From NCBI GenBank assembly GCA_963745235.1, contig CAVUXE010000003.1:32001-96000 (forward strand): 64,000 bases of DNA. The letters are read 5' to 3'. The notes below the pieces were generated by a model that ran no database searches, had not been told where the DNA came from, and worked only from the letters and a program-made list of their open reading frames with translations. The DNA comes from an uncultured Spirochaetota bacterium (GTDB lineage Bacteria > Spirochaetota > Spirochaetia > SZUA-6 > Fen-1364). A program made the translations under genes and the position numbers. This document shows, one piece after another, positions 51,224 to 62,202 of this stretch (positions within the stretch are counted from its first letter, which is position 1; the number at the start of each line of letters is the position of its first letter).

Positions 51224-51775
51224 ATGAGTAACAACGAGATAGTTCAAGGTTTCGACGACGAAAAGGACGACAGCCTCAAGATTCGCCTCCAGAAGATCGA
51301 CGACACAGACGGGTGCCTTGTTCTGTACCTCACGGGCTACATCGACACCTATAACTCGAACTATTTTCAAAAGCGTGTTGCCAAGGCGATCGAGGGAAAC
51401 TTCATCAAGTTGATCTTCCATTGCGCTGGCTTGAACTACGTCTCCAGCACCGGGATCGGCTCCTTCACGGCATTCCTGAAAGCCGTCAAGCCGCGCGGCG
51501 GTGACCTTGTGCTCCTTGAAATCCAGCCGAAGGTCTACGAGGTTTTCCAGCTCCTCGGGTTCTCCCAGTTCTTCAACATCAAGGAAAACCTTGATGAAGC
51601 GGTGTCGTTCTTCGCGGCACGCGGGGAGGAGGGCAAGGGGAACATCTTCCCCCGCATCTTCAAGTGTCCCATCTGCAGCAAGAAGCTCAAGGCATCCAAG
51701 GCGGGAAGGTTCCGCTGCTCGGAGTGCAAAACAATACTCGCCATTGACAACGCCGGTCAGGTATTTTTAGGTTGA
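51224..51775 (+). CDS. STAS-domain anti-sigma-factor antagonist with C-terminal zinc ribbon
   Basis: LTGYIDTYNS, LNYVSSTGIG, VYEVFQLLGF; CPIC...CSEC. Confidence 0.88.
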   Translation: MSNNEIVQGFDDEKDDSLKIRLQKIDDTDGCLVLYLTGYIDTYNSNYFQKRVAKAIEGNFIKLIFHCAGLNYVSSTGIGSFTAFLKAVKPRGGDLVLLEIQPKVYEVFQLLGFSQFFNIKENLDEAVSFFAARGEEGKGNIFPRIFKCPICSKKLKASKAGRFRCSECKTILAIDNAGQVFLG

Positions 51776-51785
51776 CGGCTGATCC

Positions 51786-52175
51786 ATGACCGCCCGGGAG
51801 AAAATAGAAAGCTACCTCGTCCGACTTGCCCTCAGCTTCCAGCAGCCAACCGCCGGTACCTGGGTGGTCTCGGACGCCCAGAGAGGGCTCCACAACCTCA
51901 TCATCGCCCTGACGGACTCCCTGGTGGTCATGAGAATGAACGTCATGGAGGTGCCTGCAACCGGCAAAGAAAAGCTCTTCGAAGAGCTGCTTCGGCTCAA
52001 CGCCGCTGACCTTGTCCACGGCGCCTACGGGATAGATGGCCGCAGCGTCATCCTCATCGACACCCTGGAGGCGGAGGGAATGGGTCTGGAAGAGTTCGAG
52101 TCCTCCCTTGATGCCATCGGCCTCGCCGTTGCGCAGCATTACCGCATCCTCTCCGCCTACCGCGTGAAAGCTTGA
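51786..52175 (+). CDS. YbjN/CesT-like chaperone-fold protein
   Basis: LFEELLRLNA.DLVHGAYGI, LIDTLE; directly upstream of pspA. Confidence 0.78.
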   Translation: MTAREKIESYLVRLALSFQQPTAGTWVVSDAQRGLHNLIIALTDSLVVMRMNVMEVPATGKEKLFEELLRLNAADLVHGAYGIDGRSVILIDTLEAEGMGLEEFESSLDAIGLAVAQHYRILSAYRVKA

Positions 52176-52187
52176 CAGGAGAAATCC

Positions 52188-52884
52188 ATGGGGATTCTTG
52201 AAAGAATACGCACTGTTCTCAAATCGAATATCAACGCCCTCATCAGCAAGGCGGAAGACCCTGAGAAGATGCTGAACCAGCTCATCATCGACATGAACGA
52301 GCAGCTCCTGGAGGCCAAGAAGCAGGTCGCCATGGCCATCGCGGACGAGAAGAAGCTCGAGCGGCAGACGCTGGAGAACAAGGGGCAGGCCGAGGACTGG
52401 GAAAAGAAGGCCATGCTCGCCGTCAAGGCGGGCAAGGATGACCTGGCCAAGGAAGCGCTGCTGCGCAAGCAGGAATACGATGGCTACGCGAGCTCCTTCC
52501 AGAAGGAGTACGACAGCCAGCACACCGCCGTGGAACAGCTCAAGGACGCCCTGCGTCAGCTTTCCGGGCAAGATCGATGAGGCCAGCCGAAAGAAGAACC
52601 TCCTCATCGCGCGGGCCAAGCGTGCCGAGGCGCAGAAGCAGATCCAGCAGACCATGGGCTCCCTCAGCGCCGGCTCATCCTTCGACACCTTCGACCGCAT
52701 GGCGGAGAAGGTGGACCAGATAGAGGCGGAAGCGGACGCCATGAAGGAGCTCGGAGAGGTGACCGCGGACCAGAAGCTGGAGGACAAGTTCAAAGAGCTC
52801 GAGTCATCGGACTCCAGCGCGGACAAGATGCTGGAAGATCTCAAGGCCAAGATGGGGCAGATTGAAGACAAAGAAAAAAAGTGA
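52188..52884 (+). CDS. pspA: PspA/IM30 family protein (frameshift near 52566)
   Basis: MGILERI...NINALISKAEDPEKMLNQLI.DM, DDLAKEAL, then ARAKRAEA...FDRMAEKV in the next frame. Confidence 0.9.
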
Positions 52885-53500
52885 CCCCCGGTTCACCGTG
52901 CGGATGATCGGGCTCGACACAGTGATGTTCGAACGAGTGAGGGCTTCCCTGCGGGGAAGCCCGTTTCATTTCGAGAGAGAAGGCCCGGGAGACGGCAGCC
53001 CGGCGGAGCAGCCGGATCTCTACGTTGCGCGGGCGGAAGACCTGGGCCTGCTCTCCAGCGGGGGGACCCCCGTCATGGCCTGCGGTCCCGCCGGTCTCCT
53101 GCGTTCCGCGTTCCTGGGAGGATGCGCGGATTACCTTCGCGAGCCCTGGCTCCCGGAAGAGCTCGAGCTTCGCGCGTTGGCGATTCTCTCCCGGGAGCGC
53201 CGCCGGTTCCAGTTTCCCTGGGGGACAGTGTGCTTTGAAGGACAGGACCTGCGCACCCCGACAGGGCTCGTGCGCCTCACTCATGGGGAGTCCAGGATTC
53301 TCCGGCTCCTCCTTCGCGCCAGAGGAGAACCGGTCCCGCGCGCGGCAATTGCGTTCGATCTCTGGGGGAGCCCGGCACGGGCCGCCGGCAGGGCAATCGA
53401 CATGCACGTCGCCTGCGTCAGGAAGAAAGTCAGGCGCGTGGAGACGGCCGCGGGCCGGTTCATTACCTGCGTGAGGGGCAGGGGGTATATGATCCCATGA
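52862..53500 (+). CDS. Atypical OmpR-like regulator (degenerate receiver plus winged helix); start uncertain
   Basis: GCADYLREPWLPEELELR; LTHGESRIL; RAIDMHVACVRKK; ITCVRGRGY; canonical acidic pocket and Lys not evident. Confidence 0.78.
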   Translation: MKTKKKSDPRFTVRMIGLDTVMFERVRASLRGSPFHFEREGPGDGSPAEQPDLYVARAEDLGLLSSGGTPVMACGPAGLLRSAFLGGCADYLREPWLPEELELRALAILSRERRRFQFPWGTVCFEGQDLRTPTGLVRLTHGESRILRLLLRARGEPVPRAAIAFDLWGSPARAAGRAIDMHVACVRKKVRRVETAAGRFITCVRGRGYMIP

Positions 53501-53553
53501 CCGCACGGGCTCGTCTTTGCAAACTCCCGACGGGATGATACGCTGGGGGACCG

Positions 53554-54528
53554 GTGAAAGAGCCACTGAAGCTGCCCTTTGTCTTCCTCTTCATCCTCCT
53601 GTGCGTGACAGTGGTTCTTTCAGCACTCGCGCTTTTTTCCGCGTGGGGGCGGTCCGGCTCCGGCGCTCCGTTCGACCTCGCGTGGCTCCTGGGGCATTTC
53701 GCCGCGGCGGCCTTCGAGGTGCTCATCCCCGCCGTCGTCATCTCCATCGTGCTGCTCGGCTTTCGCATGGCGCGCCGTCCCTTTTCCCGGCTCGGCGGCT
53801 TCCTGATCACGTTGTGCGTCGGCTATATCGTCCTGGTGAACGGAATGATTCTTCTTTCCTCCCTGTCAGGCAAGGCAGGGCCGGCGACGTCTGAGGCACG
53901 GGGCTCTCTGCAGCCGCAGACATTCACGCGCCTCGGCACCGCGGTTATTGCCCCTGCGGCCGTGTCAGGTGACAGGCTCGGCGGCGTGCTCCTCTACGAT
54001 GCAGCTGCCCCGCAGGAGCATCTCACCGTGTACCCGGCGGGCAGCGTGTCCGCGGGGGAAGGCGGCCTCTCGGTAACCCTTATTGGGCGAACGCAGCGGG
54101 AGGTCTCCGGGGAGCCCCTGGCTGCACGCTCATCCCTGTTCGCCCCGGACGCCCTCTCCGCCTCGCTCCTTCGCGACACCAGCACCCTCACGGAAGACTT
54201 CCAGCAGCTCATGCAGAGAGGGCTCCCGGACTTCTTTGCCGCTTGTTTTGCGCTGGTATTCCTCTGCGCGGCCTCGCTGGCTATCCTGAGGGTGACCCGC
54301 TGGCCGCTTGCCAACATCATGCTCCTCATGCTGGCGGTCCGCGGATATTTCCTTCTCTACCACCTCCTGGCCACCCGTTTTGCGCCCGCCGTTGCGGGCG
54401 CGGTCACCGACCCGCTCCTGGCCCGACTCTTCCCGTCTGCGTCCTTCATTGTCCTTGGTGTCCTTCTCCTCCTCGTCGACATTCTCTTCATCCCCGCCGA
54501 CAGGTGGTCGCGGATCGAGCCGGCATGA
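53554..54528 (+). CDS. Hypothetical membrane protein with 3TM-soluble domain-3TM topology (LptF/G-like)
   Basis: Hydropathy read by eye; beta-rich middle domain; ATGA coupled to the next gene. Confidence 0.65.
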   Translation: MKEPLKLPFVFLFILLCVTVVLSALALFSAWGRSGSGAPFDLAWLLGHFAAAAFEVLIPAVVISIVLLGFRMARRPFSRLGGFLITLCVGYIVLVNGMILLSSLSGKAGPATSEARGSLQPQTFTRLGTAVIAPAAVSGDRLGGVLLYDAAAPQEHLTVYPAGSVSAGEGGLSVTLIGRTQREVSGEPLAARSSLFAPDALSASLLRDTSTLTEDFQQLMQRGLPDFFAACFALVFLCAASLAILRVTRWPLANIMLLMLAVRGYFLLYHLLATRFAPAVAGAVTDPLLARLFPSASFIVLGVLLLLVDILFIPADRWSRIEPA

Positions 54529-56228
54529 ACAGATCACTCCTCGGAAGGATCAGCGCATTCCTTTTCGCTTTCTACGGCCTTTCCTTCGGGGTCTTCTACC
54601 TCGTGTCCGCCCTTCGCTTCACCTCGGAGCTGGTCCTGCCCTCCCTTCGATGGACGTATGCCCTTGATCAGGCCTTCATCCTGTTCATCGACTACCTCCT
54701 TCCCGTCCACGCGGCTGCCATTGCGGTTGCAGCATCCCTGTCACAGCGCGCCGAACCTGCGTCGCAGGCGCAGCCATTCAACAGACTTGTCGCCTCCAGC
54801 CTCGTGACATTCCTCCTTCTCAGTGCCGCCTACACGCTGGCCTTCGAGATCACCTACCCGGCGGCACGCCACCGGCTGACGGACCTCCAGCACACGAGCA
54901 GCCTCGCGCGTCAGATCAGGACGCAATCAGAGCAGGCGGAGCAGAGCAGGGACTACAGGACGAGCCTCGGCCTGGTCAATCGTTATCTCACCCTGGACCC
55001 GGGCAACCGGCAGATGGAAGACCGCAGGGATGCGCTGGAGACCCTTGCAGCGCATCAGGCGGCGCCGCCCCTGCCTCCCAAGCCCCCGGGTGAAGAGGCA
55101 GGCTCGGTGGTGGGCGCCCAGGCGCTGATGGAGAAGGCGCAAGGATATTTCGCCAGCAAGGACTGGTTCTCCGCGCACTACTATGCGCAGAAGGCGAACC
55201 TCCTTGATCCTCGCCGCACGGATGCGCTGCGTCTTGCCGCCGAGGCATCCCAGATGCTCGCGGAGGCCGCCACGCCGGGCCCCAAAAAAGATGCCATGCG
55301 CGCCGCGCTGTACCAGAAGAAAAGAGAAGCCTACCTGCTCCTGAGCGGAGGAAACTCGCTGGAAGCCTATTACAGCTTCACGAAGCTCGCGGTCCTCTAT
55401 CCGCAGGACAGGGACATTGCCACCTATCTGGGGATAGCCAGCGAAGAGGTGAGCAGGAAGTCCTTCTTCCTGGACGAGGCGCGGAGAGTGGAAGCGCTGC
55501 CCGGTGTGGAGCGGATCCTTTTTTACAACAGGGTGGGCGCGGATGGAATGGAGGCGGTTGCCTTCGGGCGGATGGTGCAGGCCAGGGAAGGAACCTATTT
55601 CCTCGACGTCGAGGCGATGCGATACGATGCGGCGGGGAACGTGGCATGGCATTTCCGTGCACCCTATGGGAAGCTCCAGGACAGCACCATCCTTCTGCGG
55701 TGCGTGGACAGGAACAACGCCGCCGTCCAGTTCGTGCCCCTGTACTTGCAGGGCACCCGGCCCGCCCAGGAAAGGGCCTTTCTTCGCATGGCGCCCGCGC
55801 AAGATGAGCTGCAGTTCCTGTCCACTCAGAAGGACACCCTGGCGGATGCCGGCCCCGTCGAGCTGTGGCGCCTGCGCGACTCCCTGGGATCCTTCGGGTT
55901 GTCCCGGGTCGCCCTCACCGTGCAGCTCGTGATGAAGCTCGTCATGCCTTTCGCGTTCCTCATCCTGTCCCTGCTCGCCCTGCCTTTCGGCTGGGCGTTT
56001 CGGGCGCGCTCCGGCGCGGCTCCGTCCGGTTTTGCCGTCCTGCTGGTTCCCCTCGTCCCCATCGTTCTCTCCGTCCTGACCATGCTGTACGTATACGCCC
56101 ACCGTGTGCTCCTGGGATTCGCCGTGCTTGCGTTCGGCTTCACCGCCGCGCTGGTCCTCGGCGCCATCCTCCAGTTCGTGCTGCTCGCGACGGCGCTCGT
56201 CATTCTGGCAGGGCAATCGAGCGCTTGA
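54525..56228 (+). CDS. Hypothetical membrane protein, 3TM-TPR-like/beta domain-3TM (LptF/G-like)
   Basis: 3 N-terminal TMs; TPR-like helices (YLTLDP, ANLLDP, LYPQD); [20 protein letters not shown], then 2 more TMs. Confidence 0.68.
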   Translation: MNRSLLGRISAFLFAFYGLSFGVFYLVSALRFTSELVLPSLRWTYALDQAFILFIDYLLPVHAAAIAVAASLSQRAEPASQAQPFNRLVASSLVTFLLLSAAYTLAFEITYPAARHRLTDLQHTSSLARQIRTQSEQAEQSRDYRTSLGLVNRYLTLDPGNRQMEDRRDALETLAAHQAAPPLPPKPPGEEAGSVVGAQALMEKAQGYFASKDWFSAHYYAQKANLLDPRRTDALRLAAEASQMLAEAATPGPKKDAMRAALYQKKREAYLLLSGGNSLEAYYSFTKLAVLYPQDRDIATYLGIASEEVSRKSFFLDEARRVEALPGVERILFYNRVGADGMEAVAFGRMVQAREGTYFLDVEAMRYDAAGNVAWHFRAPYGKLQDSTILLRCVDRNNAAVQFVPLYLQGTRPAQERAFLRMAPAQDELQFLSTQKDTLADAGPVELWRLRDSLGSFGLSRVALTVQLVMKLVMPFAFLILSLLALPFGWAFRARSGAAPSGFAVLLVPLVPIVLSVLTMLYVYAHRVLLGFAVLAFGFTAALVLGAILQFVLLATALVILAGQSSA

Positions 56229-57013
56229 TGGCAATCGCCGGCAAGCTCATTGGGGCCCTGATCGGCTCCATCGCCGGGCCGTTCGGTGCGATCTTTGGAG
56301 GGCTGATTGGGCACCTGTTCGATCGGGCCGTAGAGGACCGCCAACTGCCTGGCTGGCGAAGAGACCCGCGCCTCGGACGCGACCCCTGGACGCAGGGACC
56401 CGTTGACCCTGTTTCCCAGGCGCAAGTCAATTTTCTCACCTGCCTGATCGGCCTTTCCCTCGCCGTGGCGGAGACCGACGGCGCCGTGAGGGTATCTCAC
56501 CTCACGGCAATGAAGGACTTCTTTCGCCGCAACTTCTCCTTCCCCTCCGTGGACCAGGAGCTTCTCCAGAGGCTGATCGACGAGATGTACGCAAACAGGC
56601 ACCGCATCGACGTCCCGGGGTTGTGCGCCTATTACGTCGGTGTCTCCACCTCGGAAGGCCGGGTGCTGCTGCTGCGTCTTCTCTTCCAGATTGCGCTGTC
56701 GGACCCGCTCGGCGTCAGCAGCGGCGAAGAGGAACGCATCCGCCGCATCTCCCTCCTCCTCGGGATGGAAGACGGGGTCTTTCGGCGTGTGCGCGCGGAG
56801 TTCGTGGGCAACGGGCAGGCCGCGTGGGAAGTGCTGGGGGTGTCACCGGACTCCGACGTTGATGAGATCAAGGCGGCCTACCGCCAGATGGCCCTCCAGA
56901 ACCACCCCGACAGGGTCGCCAACCTGGGCCCCGAGTTCGTGAGGATGGCGGAGGAAAAGTTCAAGGCCGTCCAGGAAGCCTACGAGGAGATACGCAGGCA
57001 GAGAGGCTTCTGA
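56228..57013 (+). CDS. DjlA-like co-chaperone (TM, TerB-like and J-domain)
   Basis: [26 protein letters not shown]; AETDG; WEVLGV...[15 protein letters not shown]...[10 protein letters not shown]. Confidence 0.88.
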   Translation: MAIAGKLIGALIGSIAGPFGAIFGGLIGHLFDRAVEDRQLPGWRRDPRLGRDPWTQGPVDPVSQAQVNFLTCLIGLSLAVAETDGAVRVSHLTAMKDFFRRNFSFPSVDQELLQRLIDEMYANRHRIDVPGLCAYYVGVSTSEGRVLLLRLLFQIALSDPLGVSSGEEERIRRISLLLGMEDGVFRRVRAEFVGNGQAAWEVLGVSPDSDVDEIKAAYRQMALQNHPDRVANLGPEFVRMAEEKFKAVQEAYEEIRRQRGF

Positions 57014-57038
57014 GAGGAAACGGCCTCCGCGGCCCGGC

Positions 57039-57587
57039 TTATTTCACAAGAAAGACGAAACGGGCGCTGATGTAGAGGACGTCCACGAAGTTCTGCGAAA
57101 AAGTCGAGTTGGCTGGCATGATGAGATAGACGCCTCCTCCCAGCCGGAACCACGGGGCAAGCTCGACGCTCGCGTTGATGTCGGAGAGCACCAGGGACTG
57201 GGCCGTGAGGCTTGCCAGGCCGAGCCCGAAAGCGCCAAAAATGAAGCCGCCGGCAGTTGCTTCCAGCACGACCGGGCTCAGGTGCAGCTCCAGGAAAGCC
57301 TCGGGATAGATGAGGCTGATGATAAAGAGCGTTGGGATGCGGACCCCGATCCCGCCCCGCAGCAGCCCTTCCTCCCCGAACTGGTAGTAGGCGCGAAAAT
57401 CCGGAACGAGGAAGTAGTACTTCGAGATGTCCAGGCTGGTTCCTCCGAAAAGGGTGGACGAGCTGTTGATTCCAATACTGAGCGGCCAGGCGAGGTTCCC
57501 TTCCAACCGCGCCTGGGCGCCGGCGCTCATCGTCCCCCGGAGCACGAGGAGCGCAACAAGCATGGACAGGACTGTGGCTTTTTTCAT
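57039..57587 (-). CDS. Hypothetical exported or outer-membrane protein
   Basis: GAGGAGG RBS, signal peptide, amphipathic beta-strand pattern ending ISARF. Confidence 0.65.
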   Translation of the reverse strand: MKKATVLSMLVALLVLRGTMSAGAQARLEGNLAWPLSIGINSSSTLFGGTSLDISKYYFLVPDFRAYYQFGEEGLLRGGIGVRIPTLFIISLIYPEAFLELHLSPVVLEATAGGFIFGAFGLGLASLTAQSLVLSDINASVELAPWFRLGGGVYLIMPANSTFSQNFVDVLYISARFVFLVK

Positions 57588-57623
57588 GACTTTCCTCCTC
57601 ACACTGTTTTCAAAATCGCCTTC

Positions 57624-58906
57624 TTATGCACCGTTCTTGCGGATCCTGGCACCGAGGCTCTGGAGCCTCTGTGTCAGGTTCTCGTACCCCCTTTCGATCT
57701 GGTAGACGTTCTGGATGGTGCTCCGCCCCTGGGCGCACAGGGCCGCAATGAGCATGGCCATGCCGGCCCGGACGTCGGGAGAGACCAGCTCTGATCCCGC
57801 CAGGCGGGACGGGCCCGACACCACCGCGCGGTGCGGGTCGCAGAGGATGATCTTTGCCCCCATCCCGATCAGCTTGTCTACATAGAACATGCGGGATTCG
57901 AACATCTTCTCGTGGATGAGGACCGTCCCCTCCGCCTGCGTTGCCGCCACCAGGGCAATGCTGATGATATCAGCGGGGAACCCCGGCCATGGCGCATCGT
58001 CGATCTTGGGGATCTGGCCGCCCATGGTCGGCACCACCTTGAGGCCCTGGGATGCCGGGACGTGGATCGTGTCCCCCGAGGTCTCCCAGGCAATCCCGAG
58101 CTTTGCCAGGGCCGAACCTCGTCATGCGCATGTTCTGCGGGGCGGCGTCTTCGATCTCCAGCTCGCCGCGCGTGGCCGCGGCGAGACCGATCAGGGAGCC
58201 GACCTCCATGTAGTCGCTGCCGATGCGGAACTCCGTCCCGGAGAGCCGCGTGACCCCCTCGATGGAAAGGATGTTGGAGCCGATGCCGCTGATGCGGGCG
58301 CCCATGGAGACGAGCATCCGGCACAGGTCCTGGACGTGCGGCTCGGATGCCGCGTTCTCGATGACGGTGGTGCCCTCCGCCAGCACCGCGGCCATGAGCG
58401 CGTTCTCCGTTGCGGTGACGGAAGCCTCGTCCAGGAAAATAGGGGCGCCCTTGAGCTTGTTGGCGAGCAGCGTGAAGAAGCTTCCCAGCTCCACGCGGGT
58501 CCCCAGCTCCATCAACGCGAGGAAGTGCGTATCCAGCGGCCTCCTGCCGATCCCATCCCCGCCCGGGAGGCGGCAGCAGCACCCGGCCTTTCCGCGCCAG
58601 GAGCGGGCCGGCGAACAGGATGGATGCGCGGATCTTCTGCGAGAGATGGGGGGGGATCTCTTCCCGCTTTATGTCCAGGCACTGGAAGCGCCAGCGGTTG
58701 TGGTCCAGCTTTTCCGCTGAGCAGCCGAGGACCTTGAGGATCTCGATCATCACGTGAACGTCTTCGATCTCCGGGAGGTTCGACAGGATGACGGGTTGGT
58801 CGGTGAGGAGCGTCGCCGCGAGGCACGGCAGGGCGGAGTTCTTGTTCCCGCTCGCCTTGATCCGGCCCTTGAGGGGGAAGCCACCCTCGATCTCGTAGTG
58901 GCACAT
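57624..58906 (-). CDS. murA: UDP-N-acetylglucosamine 1-carboxyvinyltransferase (frameshifts near 58565 and 58110)
   Basis: [80 protein letters not shown], spread over three frames. Confidence 0.93.
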
Positions 58907-59018
58907 AAGACCCATTATAGCATTTTCTTTCCTTGTGTCCCCGGTTTCTATACCTTTGGTACGAGCACGCACATATCCTATTGCGTTCCGCAAAAGTCTG
59001 CAGGAGAGGAGAGTCACC

Positions 59019-59414
59019 ATGCCTGAATTGAAGGATCTGTTCCAGTCAGCGGATTGGAAAAAGGAAAAGCACGCGCCGGTCATCGAGACCCCGGAGACGG
59101 TAAAAAAGGGGGAAGCGGTTGCCGTGAACGTCAGCGTCGGCAAGGAGATCCCGCATCCCAACACCACTCCCCACCACATCCGGTGGATCGAGGTCTTCTT
59201 CCACCCGGATGGCGCAAAGTTCCCCTTCCAGGTTGCTCGCGTGGAGTTCACCGCCCACGGCGAGTCGGCGGACGGGCCTGACACGAGCAGCATCTACACG
59301 AACCCCGCGCTCGCCTGCTCCTTCAAGACCGAGAAGCCCGGGACAATCCTTGCCTCCTCGTACTGCAACATCCACGGCCTCTGGCAGAGCGAAAAGAAGA
59401 TCGGGATCGCGTAG
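59019..59414 (+). CDS. Superoxide reductase (neelaredoxin, class II SORL)
   Basis: EKHAP, HPNTTPHHIRWI, YCNIHGLW. Confidence 0.93.
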   Translation: MPELKDLFQSADWKKEKHAPVIETPETVKKGEAVAVNVSVGKEIPHPNTTPHHIRWIEVFFHPDGAKFPFQVARVEFTAHGESADGPDTSSIYTNPALACSFKTEKPGTILASSYCNIHGLWQSEKKIGIA

Positions 59415-59423
59415 GAGGGATTC

Positions 59424-59909
59424 ATGGACGCGCAACTGGAGAAGCTCCTTCAGGACCAGATCAGGAACGAATGGTACTCCGCATATCTGTACCTCTCCAT
59501 GGCGGTGTGGGCGGAGATGATGAACCTGGAAGGTTTCGCCAACTGGATGAAAAAGCAGGCTGGCGAAGAGCAGGTGCACGGACAGAAGATGTTCGACTTC
59601 CTGATAGACCGCGGTGTGAAGGTGGTCCTGCAGGGAATCCCCCAGCCGCCTTCGGATTTCGCGTCGCCGCTGGACGTCTTCCAGAAGTCGCTGGAACATG
59701 AGAAGAAGGTAACGACCATGATCCACGCCATCGCGGACATGGCGGAAAAGGTGAATGATCACCCGACGAAGGTCTTCATCCAGTGGTTCGTGACCGAGCA
59801 GATTGAAGAAGAGAAGAACGCCTCGCACTACACGGAGCTTCTGAAACGGGTTCCCGCCGACTCGGGGGGCATCTTCCAGATAGACCACCAGCTGTCAAAG
59901 CGGGAATAG
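59424..59909 (+). CDS. ftnA: Non-heme ferritin
   Basis: QIRNEWYSAYLYLSM, QAGEEQVH, HEKKVT, QWFVTEQIEEE. Confidence 0.92.
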   Translation: MDAQLEKLLQDQIRNEWYSAYLYLSMAVWAEMMNLEGFANWMKKQAGEEQVHGQKMFDFLIDRGVKVVLQGIPQPPSDFASPLDVFQKSLEHEKKVTTMIHAIADMAEKVNDHPTKVFIQWFVTEQIEEEKNASHYTELLKRVPADSGGIFQIDHQLSKRE

Positions 59910-60497
59910 GGGCATGGCCATGCGGCGAAACGCGAACGCATGGCCTGCCACGACCAGGGGAGGGGTTTCGCTCACCACGGCGAAGCCCAGCCTCTGGTAA
60001 AGCCGTTGGGCGTCCGGGTTGTCGGTCTCGACGTCCAGAACCATGCGGCTCGCCCCTGCCCGTCCTGCCTCATCACGGGCCCGGGCGACCAGCAGCGCGC
60101 CAATTCCCCTGCCGCGATGCTCGGGATAGACTGCAACGTTGCTGATGTAATACTCGTCCCTGCGGATCCGTCCCACGGCGGACTGCGACCTCAGCAAGGC
60201 CGGGAGACGACGGACCATGTCCGACCTGAGAAGGAGGAGGAGCGCCAGTCCGGTGCGCAGGTCCTGTGCTCCCTTTGCCTGCCCTGCATACCCAAGGAGC
60301 ATCCCCCGGACGCCTCCCTCCTCTTCCGCGATCAAGGCGTGCTCATGGCCAAAAAGCGTCCCCTGGCCCGCTGCAAGTCCTTCGAGGGCCCGCGCTATGC
60401 CCGGACCGAAGACCGCGGGGAGAAAGTGCGGTGCGGAAAGGAGCATGAGGCGCGCGATGTCAGGTGCATCACCCGCGCGCGCGCCGCGAATCTCCAT
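59895..60497 (-). CDS. GNAT family N-acetyltransferase
   Basis: YISNVAVYPEHRGRGIG, LDVETDNPDAQRLYQRLGF. Confidence 0.9.
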   Translation of the reverse strand: MEIRGARAGDAPDIARLMLLSAPHFLPAVFGPGIARALEGLAAGQGTLFGHEHALIAEEEGGVRGMLLGYAGQAKGAQDLRTGLALLLLLRSDMVRRLPALLRSQSAVGRIRRDEYYISNVAVYPEHRGRGIGALLVARARDEAGRAGASRMVLDVETDNPDAQRLYQRLGFAVVSETPPLVVAGHAFAFRRMAMPLFPL

Positions 60498-60594
60498 TCT
60501 CTGTGCAAGCTGGGTCACCACGCACGCTCACTGTTCTTGACAACCGGACCGGTCGCCCCGTATTGTACCATGACCATATGAGAAAGGAGAGAGT

Positions 60595-62148
60595 ATGAGA
60601 AGACTCATCACGCTGCTAGCGGTTTTTGCCCTGCTGGGGGCGGCTGTCGTCACATGGGCGCAGGCCAACGACACGCTGGTGTACGGGACCACGGACAAGG
60701 TCACCGACATGGACCCGGCAAGCGCTTACGATTTCCATACGTGGGAAATCTTCCAGAACGTCAGCTCGGGTCTCCTTGCATACACCCCTGGCACCACCAA
60801 GATCGTGCCGGGGCTGGCCACGGGCTACACGGTCAGCGAAGGAGGTGACGAGTACACCTTCAGCTTGCGAAAGGGAGTGAAGTTCTCCAACGGCAACCCT
60901 TTCAACGCAGAGGCGGTGAAGTGGAGCATCGACAGGGTAGCCAAGCTCAATGGGGACCCGGCCGCGCTGGTGACCCAGTACGTCAAGTCCGTGGAGGTCG
61001 TGGATGACGCCACGGTGAAGTTCATCCTCAAGCAGCCCGTCGGGTACTTCCCCGCGCTCGTCGCCACCCCCACCTACTTCCCCATGGACCCCAGCGTCTA
61101 CCCTGAGGACAAGATCGTGAAGGACGTGGGTGAGCTGAACGGCGGGGAGATTGCCGCCCTCGGGCCGTACAAGCTGACTTCCTTCAAGAGGGATGAAGAG
61201 GCGGTCTTCGAGAACAACCCGAACTATTGGGGCAAACAGCCGCCCATCAAGAAGATCATCATCCGCTACTTCGCTGACGCAACCACCATGAGGCTGGCCC
61301 TCGAGAAGGGGGAGATCGACCTGGCGTTCAAGTCCATGAACCCCTCCGATATCGCTGACCTGCTGAAAAATACAAAGTACAACTCCTGGAAGATCCCGGG
61401 GCCGCAGATCCGCTACCTGTGCTTCGAGACCTCGGAGAGCGTGTTCAAGGAGAAGAAGGCCCGCCAGGCGGTGGCCGCGCTGATCAACAGGCCGCAGATC
61501 AACAGAAGGTCTACCTCGGAGAGAATGCGCCCCTGTACTCCATGATCCCCATGGGCATGAGCTATCATACCGACTACTTCAAGTCCACGTGGGGAGACGG
61601 GAACGTGGCAGCCGCGGATAAGCTGCTGAAGAGCCTTGGCTACACGAAGGCGAAGCCCTTCGAGTTCGACCTGTGGTACACCCCGAGCCATTACGGCGAC
61701 CCCGAGGTGAACATGGCAGAGGTCCTGAAGGCCCAGATGGAGAAGAGCGCGCTCGTGAAGGTGAACATCAAGTCGGCGGAGTGGGCGACCTACAAGCAGC
61801 AGTGGGACCAGAAGCAGATGCCCGCGTTCCTCCTCGGCTGGTATCCCGACTACATCGATCCGGACGACTACACCTCTCCCTTCGCGCAGACCGAAGGCTC
61901 AAAGGGCATGGGGATTTTCTTCACCAACGCGGACTGGGACAAGCTCTTCCTCAAGGAGCAGTCAGCAAGCGATGACGCCGTGCGCAGACGCCACCTTCGC
62001 GAAGATCCAGAAGATGTGGACGGACGAGGTCATGACCGTTCCCATCTTCCAGGGCAACCTGTACGTCTTCACGAAGAAGAACCTGACCGGCGTCAGGATC
62101 GGACCGACTCTGATCTTCAACTACGACCAGCTGAAGTTCGTGAAATAG
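60595..62148 (+). CDS. Peptide/nickel ABC substrate-binding protein, family 5 (frameshifts near 61503 and 61987)
   Basis: DMDPA, PGLAT, YTFSLRKGVKFSNG.PFNAEAVKWS, GPYKL, GWYPDYIDPD; the third frame ends QLKFVK* at 62148. Confidence 0.9.
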
Positions 62149-62162
62149 AGCAGGCAACCGTC

Positions 62163-62188
62163 GTCGGGTCCCCGCCGGGGGACCCGAC
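62163..62188 (+). terminator. Strong intercistronic stem-loop after the SBP gene (terminator or mRNA stabiliser)
   Basis: GTCGGGTCCCC-GCCG-GGGGACCCGAC followed by ACCTTTT. Confidence 0.7.
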
Positions 62189-62202
62189 ACCTTTTCCTTC
62201 CC

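Noticed and set aside
49558-51234. 558-aa minus-strand ORF
   Set aside because: It overlaps the RNA methyltransferase out of frame and the opposite-strand exported protein, and has no motifs.
57624-58906. murA and other split genes as true pseudogenes or programmed frameshifts
   Set aside because: Each break is a single-base indel with intact motifs on both sides, no slippery heptamer is evident, and murA is normally essential. Assembly error is the simpler explanation.
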